29,017 nt of DNA from assembly GCA_947587565.1 (NCBI GenBank), contig CANPYA010000001.1:1-29017 (forward strand), in the 5' to 3' direction. This document shows, in pieces, positions 18,671 to 26,617 of this stretch (its first letter is position 1; each line of letters starts with the position of its first letter). The translations under genes were made by a program, and so were the position numbers. The DNA comes from an uncultured Bacilli bacterium. Lineage in GTDB: Bacteria > Bacillota_I > Bacilli_A > RF39 > UBA660. The notes under the pieces are model-generated. The model searched no databases, had not been told where the DNA came from, and saw nothing but the letters and a program-made list of their open reading frames with translations.

Positions 18671-18699
18671 TTGACAAACCTACTAAAATTAGGTATAAT
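18671..18699 (+). promoter_or_regulatory. Consensus sigma-A promoter
   Basis: TTGACA (18671-18676), 17 nt, TATAAT (18694-18699). Confidence 0.85.
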
Positions 18700-18726
18700 C
18701 TATTATAGAAATTAAGAAGGTGAATA

Positions 18727-19257
18727 ATGAAAAGAATATTTAATTGGTTAGTTCGTTTTAGCATTATTATTCTTTTTGTTATGCTAGCAACTAGTTATGT
18801 CCATATTGTTGAAACGAAATCTTACAGTGATAATGTTAATAAAACGGTTAATTTATCAACTATGGCTTTAAAAGTTGATGAATTTCGCGCTAATGATATT
18901 TATAGTGTTAAAGATACTTATACTGGTGACTTAACTGGTTATGTTTATAATTGCCCATTATGTAATGGTACTTTAGGTTGTATGCGTAGTTATGATATTC
19001 GGGATGGTAAAACAACTTATCCAGATATGACTTATGGAAATGTCCGTATTGTGGCATCATCAACTAATTTACCTTGTGGAACAATAGTTAGATTCAATAG
19101 TTCTAGAGTATCTGAAAAACCCGTATATGCGATTGTCTTAGATCGTGGTGTAAGAGGTAATGCTTTAGATCTACTTAGTAGTGATTTAGATTATGCTTTA
19201 ACTTTAGGTCGGAGTGTAATAACTTATGATGTTTTAAGAGAAGGTTGGGGCGAATAA
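18727..19257 (+). CDS. Membrane-anchored/secreted 3D-domain (MltA-like) protein at the yabE position
   Basis: N-terminal hydrophobic segment; C-terminal IVASSTNLPCGTIVRF...VLDRG...GNALDLL resembles the 3D domain; between tatD and rsmA. Confidence 0.65.
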   Translation: MKRIFNWLVRFSIIILFVMLATSYVHIVETKSYSDNVNKTVNLSTMALKVDEFRANDIYSVKDTYTGDLTGYVYNCPLCNGTLGCMRSYDIRDGKTTYPDMTYGNVRIVASSTNLPCGTIVRFNSSRVSEKPVYAIVLDRGVRGNALDLLSSDLDYALTLGRSVITYDVLREGWGE

Positions 19258-19264
19258 CCCAATT

Positions 19265-20035
19265 ATGAAAGCCAAGAAATGTTTAGGACAAAATTTTTTA
19301 ATTAATAAAGATGTTATTAATAATATAGCAAATAGTATTAATGTGCAAAAAGATGATTTAATAATTGAAATTGGACCCGGTATGGGTGCTTTAACTAAAG
19401 AATTAAAAAAGAAAAATTCTTTTCTTTTATGTTATGAATTAGATACGGATTTAAAACCTTATTTGAATGCTTTAGAAGATGATAAAACAAAAATAATCTA
19501 TGAAGATATTTTAAAGAGTAATATAAAAAAAGATAGCAAAGATATACCTTATCAAAAATTATTTATTGTGGGTAACTTACCATATTATATAACGACACCC
19601 ATTATTAAATATTTAATAAGTTTAAATTTAGATGTGAAAGAAATGACATTTATGGTTCAAGAAGAAGTCGCCGATCGTTTTACCGCTTTACCAAATCATA
19701 AAGATTATGGCAGTATTACTTTATATTTAAAGTATTTCTTTAATGTTGAAAAATTATTTAGGGTTAGTAAAAATTCTTTTAATCCCGTACCTAAAGTAGA
19801 AAGTGCAATTATAAAACTTACAAAAAGGGAAAATAAACCAGAAGTAAATACTGAAAAATATTTTAAATTAATAAGTGATAGTTTTAAAATGAAGAGAAAA
19901 ACTTTAAGAAATAATTTAAGTAATTATGATTTTAAAAAAGTTGAGGAAGTTTTGTTAAAATATAATTTACCTTTAAATATTCGAGCAGAGGAATTAGCGG
20001 AAGAAGTATTTGTTGATATTAATAACTCTTTATAA
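19265..20035 (+). CDS. rsmA: 16S rRNA adenine dimethyltransferase
   Basis: KKCLGQNFL, IEIGPGMG, GNLPYYITTPI, MVQEEVADR, FNPVPKVESA, KRKTLRNNL. Confidence 0.96.
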   Translation: MKAKKCLGQNFLINKDVINNIANSINVQKDDLIIEIGPGMGALTKELKKKNSFLLCYELDTDLKPYLNALEDDKTKIIYEDILKSNIKKDSKDIPYQKLFIVGNLPYYITTPIIKYLISLNLDVKEMTFMVQEEVADRFTALPNHKDYGSITLYLKYFFNVEKLFRVSKNSFNPVPKVESAIIKLTKRENKPEVNTEKYFKLISDSFKMKRKTLRNNLSNYDFKKVEEVLLKYNLPLNIRAEELAEEVFVDINNSL

Positions 20036-20050
20036 TTTTAATCAAAATAA

Positions 20051-20069
20051 AAATAGGATTAACCTATTT
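20051..20069. terminator. Probable bidirectional terminator between rsmA and the toxin gene
   Basis: AAATAGG-ATTAA-CCTATTT hairpin with A/T tracts, overlapping the toxin stop. Confidence 0.55.
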
Positions 20070-20386
20070 ATCAAATAATTCGGCATGAGAACCTGTAGCA
20101 AAAAGCAATAATATTAATTCTTCATCTTGAATTTTATAAATTAATAACCAATCTGGAGCAATATGACATTCATAACAATCCTGATAATTTTTATCGTTGA
20201 TTAATTTATGATTACGATATTTTTTGGAAGTTCTTTACCATCAGCAAGCTCTTTAATTACAAATTTTAATTTGTTTAGTTTTTTGCCTTGCTTTTTAATA
20301 AGTTTATAGTTTTTATTAAATTTGCTTGTAGAGTCTACCCTATATTTTGTGTTTTTAAAATCAATGTTACTTTTTATCTTATTCAT
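20064..20386 (-). pseudogene. yafQ: YafQ-family mRNA interferase toxin, frameshifted in an A6 tract
   Basis: The ORF (20201..20386) stops early. One more A in CCA-AAAAA (plus-strand T run 20220-20225) gives ...ELPKKYRNHKL...ECHIAPDWLLIYK...LLLFATGSHAELFDK* ending at TAG 20064, a complete 107-aa YafQ. Confidence 0.88.
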
Positions 20387-20675
20387 TATCTAAATTTGCA
20401 AATAATTCATCGGGATTATTATAAGGTTTTCTTTTGCCATTTTTAATATCCTTTAATATTTGCTCTCCTTCATCTAATGCTTCCATTAATTCTTTACTAG
20501 GTTTAGGATTTACTTCTTTAACTTCAAATGGTAGTCCGCGTTCAAAAATTGCTCTTTTTAAAAAAATATTGATTGCTGTACTCATATTAAGTCCAAGATT
20601 ATTGAATAATTCATTTGCTTCTTCTTTAACATCGGTTGGAACATTAACATTAATCGCACTAGTTAGATTAGCCAT
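20379..20675 (-). CDS. dinJ: RelB/DinJ family antitoxin
   Basis: INVNVPTDVKEEANELFNNLGLNMSTAINIFLKRAIFERGLPFEV (RHH antitoxin signature); overlaps the toxin start by 8 nt. Confidence 0.87.
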   Translation of the reverse strand: MANLTSAINVNVPTDVKEEANELFNNLGLNMSTAINIFLKRAIFERGLPFEVKEVNPKPSKELMEALDEGEQILKDIKNGKRKPYNNPDELFANLDNE

Positions 20676-20863
20676 ATTTCTCTCATCTCACTTTCTATTA
20701 GTAATATACCACATTTATAAAAAAATATCAACATAAATCATTATATTATATGTATGTTATAAATAAATATGTATGTGTTGTAAAAATGTCAAGTAGGCTA
20801 AGTTCTTTTATAATATCTATAGACTTTTAAGCAATTATTTAGTAAAATTAAAATGTGATAATT

Positions 20864-21238
20864 ATGAAGAATAAAGGATTTACATTATTAGAATTACTAG
20901 TGGTCGTTGCTATTTTAGGGGCTATTGGATTAGTAGTAACAGTTTCATTAAATAAAACTTTAAAAAATACTAATCAAGAAGAATGTGATGCTTTTGTAAA
21001 AGATGTCGAAGAAGCAGCCTGTGTTTATGTGACTTTATCAAGAAGAGAGCATGCTTGCAATAGACCTGGTTGTGAACTACCTTTAAGTGCCTTAGTTACT
21101 GAAGGTATGGTTGATAGTGAAAAAAACGCTTGTACAGGTGAAGATATAACTAAATCATATAATGAAAAAGTAAAAGTAACCTGGGATAATGAAGGAAATA
21201 AAACATGTGAATATCAAGGGGTAAAAAATGCGGAATAA
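20864..21238 (+). CDS. Type IV prepilin-like protein
   Basis: Class III signal peptide MKNKG|FTLLELLVVVAILG with Glu+5; six cysteines in the globular part. Confidence 0.85.
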   Translation: MKNKGFTLLELLVVVAILGAIGLVVTVSLNKTLKNTNQEECDAFVKDVEEAACVYVTLSRREHACNRPGCELPLSALVTEGMVDSEKNACTGEDITKSYNEKVKVTWDNEGNKTCEYQGVKNAE

Positions 21239-23324
21239 AATATTGGAATATTTAGAAGATAATGATAAAGCTAAATCGTTAATTGAAATTAATGATTATT
21301 TAAATTTGCATACTAGTGATGAATTAGAAGAATTGCAAAAGGAAGTTAATAAACTTGTTACTGAAGGTTTAGTTCATGAAACGAAAAAACAAAAATATTT
21401 ATTAATGCAATATTGTAAATCTTTGCACACTGGTCATTTAGACATGACAAAAAATGGCTATGCCTTTTTAATTCAAGATAATGGTGAAGAAGATATATAT
21501 ATTAGTAAAGATAATTTAAATGGAGCAATTCACGATGACTTAGTTTTAGTGGATATTTTTATGCGTAACGGAAAAGTAGAAGGTAAAGTTTTAAAAGTAT
21601 TAGAACGTAAATTAAAACAAGTTATTGGCGAAATTTTATATGTCCAAGATAAACCAACCTTAATTTTAGATGATAAAAAGTTAGATTTAGAAATAGAATT
21701 ACAAAATAATTTTGCTAATTTAGTTGATGGTCATAAAGTTTTAGTAGAATTAACAAAACAAATTAGTTCTAAAAAATTTGTGGGAGTAGTTAAAAAAATT
21801 ATTGGCCATAAGAATGATCCCGATATCGATATTTTAACTATTGCCTATAAATATAATATTGAATTAGATTTTAGCGATGAAGTAAAAGAGGAGTTAAAAA
21901 ATATTCCCGATACGGTTTTAGAAAAAGATAAAAAAGGTCGAGTCGATTTAACAGCTGAAGAAATATTTACTATAGATGGTGATGATACTAAAGATATAGA
22001 TGATGCCATAAGTATTAAATACGCAAATGGTTTATATACTTTAGGAGTTCATATTGCTGATGTTTCATATTATGTGAGACCAAATACGGCTTTATATAAT
22101 GCCGCTTATGAAAGAGGTACTTCTTCTTATTTAGCTGATAAAGTTCTTCCAATGTTACCGCACGAATTATCAAATGGGATATGTTCTCTTAATCCAGGAG
22201 TAGAAAGACTTGCTATTTCAGTTACTATGCAAATTGATGAAAAAGGTAAAGTTAAAGATTATGATATCTTCCCATCAATTATTAAGAGTCGTAAGCAAAT
22301 GACTTATAAATGTGTTAATAAAATTTTAGAAGAAAATACAGTACCAGAAGGTTATGAAGAATTTCAAGATAGTTTATTAAAAATGTATGACTTAGCGAAA
22401 ATACTACGTAAAAGATTAGTTCAAAATGGTTATATTGAATTTGAAATTCCGGAAGCTAAAATTATTCAAGATGAAAGTGGTAAATGTATTGATATAGTTA
22501 AAAGAGAACAACATGAGGGAGAAAAGTTAATCGAGGACTTTATGATTGCGGCGAATGAAGTTGTAGCAACGCACATCTATAATATGGATTTACCTTTTAT
22601 CTATCGGGTTCATGGTATGCCAAAGCCAGAAAAAATTACAGACTTTTTAAATATGTTAAAAATTCTAAATATTCATGTGAATACTAAAGGGATAAGTAAT
22701 TCTAGTAAAGATATGCAAGTAATATTGAATGATTTAAAAGATGAAAAAGATGCACCAATATTATCTAGTATGCTTTTAAGAAGTATGCAAAAAGCCGTTT
22801 ATAGTCCGAATAACATTGGTCATTTTGGTCTTGCTTTAAAAAATTATACCCATTTTACTTCCCCAATTAGGAGATTTCCCGATACGACAGTGCATGAATT
22901 ATTAAGAACATATTTATTTAATAAACAAATTGATAATGAAACAATTGATTATTGGGCTAAATCTTTACCTAACATTGCTGATCATTCTTCCGAAAGAGAA
23001 CAAGCAAGTGTTGAAGCTGAAAGGAAAGTTGTTGATATGAAGATGGCCGAATATATGGAAAGTCATATTAATGAAGAGTACGAAGGTATTATAACAACGG
23101 TTACTAACTTTGGTTTCTTTGTAGAACTACCTAATTTAGTGGAAGGTTTAGTCCATGTAAGTACGCTTCCTGGTTTCTATAATTATGTTCCGGAATTACT
23201 CGCTTTAGTTAGTGCAGATAAAAAAGTAATGTACAAAATCGGTGATTGTGTTAAAATAAAGGTAGTCAACGCTAATAAAGAAGCACGAATGATAGATTTT
23301 GAGGTTATAAATGGAAATAATTAA
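21228..23324 (+). CDS. rnr: Ribonuclease R
   Basis: CSD domains, RNB catalytic TIDGDDTKDIDDAISI, HIADVS, YTHFTSPIRRFPD, C-terminal S1; upstream of smpB. Confidence 0.95.
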   Translation: MRNKILEYLEDNDKAKSLIEINDYLNLHTSDELEELQKEVNKLVTEGLVHETKKQKYLLMQYCKSLHTGHLDMTKNGYAFLIQDNGEEDIYISKDNLNGAIHDDLVLVDIFMRNGKVEGKVLKVLERKLKQVIGEILYVQDKPTLILDDKKLDLEIELQNNFANLVDGHKVLVELTKQISSKKFVGVVKKIIGHKNDPDIDILTIAYKYNIELDFSDEVKEELKNIPDTVLEKDKKGRVDLTAEEIFTIDGDDTKDIDDAISIKYANGLYTLGVHIADVSYYVRPNTALYNAAYERGTSSYLADKVLPMLPHELSNGICSLNPGVERLAISVTMQIDEKGKVKDYDIFPSIIKSRKQMTYKCVNKILEENTVPEGYEEFQDSLLKMYDLAKILRKRLVQNGYIEFEIPEAKIIQDESGKCIDIVKREQHEGEKLIEDFMIAANEVVATHIYNMDLPFIYRVHGMPKPEKITDFLNMLKILNIHVNTKGISNSSKDMQVILNDLKDEKDAPILSSMLLRSMQKAVYSPNNIGHFGLALKNYTHFTSPIRRFPDTTVHELLRTYLFNKQIDNETIDYWAKSLPNIADHSSEREQASVEAERKVVDMKMAEYMESHINEEYEGIITTVTNFGFFVELPNLVEGLVHVSTLPGFYNYVPELLALVSADKKVMYKIGDCVKIKVVNANKEARMIDFEVINGNN

Positions 23325-23730
23325 TAGAAAAGCAAAGTTTGATTATTTTATTGAAAGTGAAATAGAAGCCGGTTTAGTTTTAACAGGTACGGAAATAAAA
23401 TCAGTAAGAAAAGGTTCAGCAGATTTAAAAGATACTTATGTTAGAATTAAAAATGATGAAGCCTTCATTATTAATATGTATATTGCTAAATATGAAGAAG
23501 GTAATATATTTAATCATGATGAAAGAAGAGAAAGAAAATTACTCTTACATAAAAAAGAAATTAGAAAGTTAAAAGAACTTACGAAAATCGAAGGTTATAC
23601 TTTAATACCCATAAGATGTTATATTAAAGGGGAATATGCTAAAATAAGTGTAGGAATATGTAAGGGTAAGAAAAATTACGATAAAAGAGAAGCCATCAAA
23701 GAAAAAGATTTAAAAAGATTAGAAAGTTAG
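23311..23730 (+). CDS. smpB: SsrA-binding protein
   Basis: NRKAKFDY, EAGLVLTGTEIKSVR, RKLLLHKKEI, KGKKNYDKRE. Confidence 0.95.
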   Translation: MEIINRKAKFDYFIESEIEAGLVLTGTEIKSVRKGSADLKDTYVRIKNDEAFIINMYIAKYEEGNIFNHDERRERKLLLHKKEIRKLKELTKIEGYTLIPIRCYIKGEYAKISVGICKGKKNYDKREAIKEKDLKRLES

Positions 23731-23775
23731 ATATAAATTTAAGATTTTGCAATATATTTAACTAGGAGGAATAAA

Positions 23776-24258
23776 ATGGAAAAATTAATTGAATTTGTTG
23801 GTAATAATTATGCTTGGTTTTTAACTATTACAATCATTTTGTTATTTGCTCTTATTGGGTATATCTATGATACAAGAAAGAATAAGAATGATTTACTTAA
23901 AAAGAGTGAAGAAGAAATGAATGAAATGGATTTAGAGAATATTATGGTACCAGAAGGTAAAAGTTTATCTGATATGGTAACAACTTCTAAAAATATTAAT
24001 CCGGAAACTAAAGGGGTTGAATTAACTGATTCTTCAATATTACATGGAGAAAGTAGTCAAAATAATCCTAATTTCACGGCAGTTCAAGAAGAACCTATAA
24101 CCAATATTAATGCCACAGAAAATACTAATGTTATGAATACGGAAGAAAACGTTAATAATGTTGCAAGTCCCGTTAATCAAACTGTAGCACCACAAGTTAC
24201 ACCTCAAGCTGTTCAACAAAGTCCAGAAAATCCTGTAAATCCAGTAAATAATAATTAG
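23776..24258 (+). CDS. Hypothetical single-pass membrane protein with acidic, N/Q/P/V-rich low-complexity tail
   Basis: Strong RBS AGGAGG; TM segment WFLTITIILLFALIGYIY; no recognisable domain. Confidence 0.75.
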   Translation: MEKLIEFVGNNYAWFLTITIILLFALIGYIYDTRKNKNDLLKKSEEEMNEMDLENIMVPEGKSLSDMVTTSKNINPETKGVELTDSSILHGESSQNNPNFTAVQEEPITNINATENTNVMNTEENVNNVASPVNQTVAPQVTPQAVQQSPENPVNPVNNN

Positions 24259-24270
24259 CAAAAGCAATTT

Positions 24271-24288
24271 AGTCCTTAGGGACTTTTT
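24271..24288 (+). terminator. Probable intrinsic terminator
   Basis: AGTCC-TTAG-GGACT followed by T run. Confidence 0.5.
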
Positions 24289-24342
24289 ATTTTAGAAAAA
24301 ATTTGCTATAATAAATTAGCAAAGAGATAAGGAGTTGAAGAT

Positions 24343-25161
24343 ATGAATTTATCTTTTATCTGGGGAGTTTTTACTAAAGTTATTGATATTAGCATAGTTT
24401 GGTTAGCATTCTACTATATTTTAAAAAATGTTAAAAATAATATTAAAATGGTTTTAATTGTTAAAGGTGTTGTAATTATTTTACTTATTAAAATTCTAAG
24501 TGATTTATTAAATCTTTACACCGTTGGAGTTTTACTAGAATATGTTGTTGCATGGGGACCTTTAGCCATTATTGTTATATTTCAACCCGAAATTCGGAGT
24601 GTTTTGGAATCAATTGGTAGAACCCAACTTTTAGGGCGTCATAAAATTTTAACTGTTGATGAAAGAGAAAAAGTAGTATTTGAAATAATGAAGTCTATTG
24701 AATATTTTAAGAAAAATCGTATCGGTGCTTTAATTGTTATTGAAAGAGAAATATCTTTACAAGAATATATTGATAATTCCACAAAAGTATATGCCGATTT
24801 AACTGATGATTTACTTGAAACAATATTTTTTCCCAATTCACCAATGCATGATGGTGGGGTAATTATTCAAGGAGATCGAATTACTTGTGCGGGTTCGGTA
24901 TTTAAAACAAGTATGAATCCGGGTATTTCAAAAAGACTTGGTACTCGTCATAGAGCAGCCTTAGGTATTGCTGAAGAAAGTGATGCGATTGCTTTAGTGG
25001 TATCTGAAGAAAATGGGCGTATTTCAATTGCTTGCAATAACGAATTAAATTATAATTTAACATTAGATGAATTTAGAATGAAATTAATTGATGAATTAAG
25101 TCCAAAGACAGAAGTATTCTTTGAGGCCGAAGAAAATGAAAGTGGTGAAGATAATGATTAA
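24343..25161 (+). CDS. cdaA: Diadenylate cyclase CdaA (DacA)
   Basis: Three N-terminal TM segments, IFQPEIR, GALIVIER, PMHDGGVI, GTRHRAA, VSEENG; extended -10 TGCTATAAT at 24304-24312. Confidence 0.94.
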   Translation: MNLSFIWGVFTKVIDISIVWLAFYYILKNVKNNIKMVLIVKGVVIILLIKILSDLLNLYTVGVLLEYVVAWGPLAIIVIFQPEIRSVLESIGRTQLLGRHKILTVDEREKVVFEIMKSIEYFKKNRIGALIVIEREISLQEYIDNSTKVYADLTDDLLETIFFPNSPMHDGGVIIQGDRITCAGSVFKTSMNPGISKRLGTRHRAALGIAEESDAIALVVSEENGRISIACNNELNYNLTLDEFRMKLIDELSPKTEVFFEAEENESGEDND

Positions 25162-26527
25162 GTTTTTGAAAAAAATAGGTCGAATTATCTATGCTATTAT
25201 TGATTCATTCTGTAAATTTATTGATAAGATAATTATTATGCCAATAAGTAGATTAGTTTATAACATTTCTAAATCACTTGGTGGTAATAATACTAGTTTC
25301 AATAAACTTTTAAATCATCCAAGATTCTTAATTATCATTTCTTTAGTATTTGCTATTATTTGTTTCTTACTTATCGATAATAAAGTTATTAGTTTAATTA
25401 GTAATGAAGCTGAAATTATTAAAGATGTTCCGGTAAAATTAGTTTATAATGATGAAGCCTTTGTCGTAGAAAATGTTCCGGAAACAGTTAACATTACGAT
25501 TGCTGGTGGTAAATCATCCATTTATTTAGCTAAGCAACTTGGAGAATTTGAAGTTGAATTAAATTTATCGAAATATAAAGAAGCTGGTACTTACCGAGCA
25601 TATTTTACATATTCGAAAAATATTGATTCTGTAGATTACATTCTAGACCCATCATATATTAATGTCGAAATTGAAGATAAAGTAAGTGAACTTAAAACGG
25701 TTACTTATGATTTAGTAGGTACTGATAATCTAGATAAAAAATTAAGTGTATCTAGTGTTACTCTTGATAGTAGTGAAGTTGTTGTTAAAGGTAGTCAAAA
25801 ATCAATTGATAAAATCGCGACGGTTAAGGCTTTAGTATCTGTTGCTAATGATTATAAAGAAGCCGGAACTTATGAACTTAAAGATATTCCTTTAGTAGCT
25901 TATGATTACAATGGTGAAATTATAAAAAATGTTGTTATTGTAGATAAATCTTTAACTGGTACTTTAGTTTTAACTGATAATCATGTTACAGTGCCAATTT
26001 CGGTATTAACTACTGGTGATTTAATTAAAGGTAAAGCAATTGCTGATATTACCATAAATGATAAAGCTGATTATTCTGTCGATATTTATGGTGAAGAAGA
26101 TGATATTAAAGATATTAAATCAGTTCCAGTATATATTAATGTAGATGGCAGAGGTGCCGAAGCCGTTAAAACTTATACGGTTGTAATTAGTAAACCAGTT
26201 GGAGTAAGAGAATTAAGTATTAAAAATGCTACAATAAAAGTTACCTTTGGTGATGAAGAACAAAAGACTGTTGATATTAGTAGTGTTGATGGTTTAAATG
26301 TTCCAGATGGTTATGATGCTAAAATTGCTAATAAAACCATTAGTGTTCAAGTTAAAGGTGTTAGATCTAATATTGATAAGATAACCGCAGCCAATATTAA
26401 ACCATATGTTGATTTATCTGGTTTAGGTGAAGGTACTCATGAAGTAGAAATTAAAATTAATAATGATAACCCATTAGTTAATTATGTATTTACTAGTACC
26501 GCAACTGTTACAATTACAAAGAAATAA
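25154..26527 (+). CDS. cdaR: CdaR/YbbR-domain regulator of CdaA
   Basis: TM anchor followed by repeated YbbR-like beta domains (PETVNITIAG, VELNLS, YVDLSGLGEGTHEV); directly after cdaA. Start moved to ATG 25154. Confidence 0.88.
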   Translation: MIKFLKKIGRIIYAIIDSFCKFIDKIIIMPISRLVYNISKSLGGNNTSFNKLLNHPRFLIIISLVFAIICFLLIDNKVISLISNEAEIIKDVPVKLVYNDEAFVVENVPETVNITIAGGKSSIYLAKQLGEFEVELNLSKYKEAGTYRAYFTYSKNIDSVDYILDPSYINVEIEDKVSELKTVTYDLVGTDNLDKKLSVSSVTLDSSEVVVKGSQKSIDKIATVKALVSVANDYKEAGTYELKDIPLVAYDYNGEIIKNVVIVDKSLTGTLVLTDNHVTVPISVLTTGDLIKGKAIADITINDKADYSVDIYGEEDDIKDIKSVPVYINVDGRGAEAVKTYTVVISKPVGVRELSIKNATIKVTFGDEEQKTVDISSVDGLNVPDGYDAKIANKTISVQVKGVRSNIDKITAANIKPYVDLSGLGEGTHEVEIKINNDNPLVNYVFTSTATVTITKK

Positions 26528-26540
26528 AAAATAAAATTTT

Positions 26541-26561
26541 AAGGCCATTTGGCCTTTTTTT
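26541..26561 (+). terminator. Intrinsic terminator after cdaR
   Basis: AAGGCC-ATTT-GGCCTT followed by T run. Confidence 0.75.
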
Positions 26562-26562
26562 G

Positions 26563-26590
26563 TTGACTTTCGGGGGGGGTAGTTTATACT
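26563..26590 (+). promoter_or_regulatory. sigma-A-type promoter with a G8 homopolymer in the spacer
   Basis: TTGACT (26563-26568), 16-nt spacer containing G8 (26572-26579), TATACT (26585-26590). Confidence 0.75.
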
Positions 26591-26617
26591 AGAAACATAG
26601 GATAGAAGGTATGTCTT

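Noticed and set aside
18600-18726. c-di-AMP (ydaO) riboswitch before the 3D-domain gene
   Set aside because: The promoter leaves only ~20 nt of leader; no aptamer motifs.
20434-20736. 100-aa plus-strand ORF
   Set aside because: Antisense shadow of the well-supported antitoxin.
23731-23775. tmRNA (ssrA) after smpB
   Set aside because: Gap is only 45 nt and has no tRNA-like GGGG...CCA ends.
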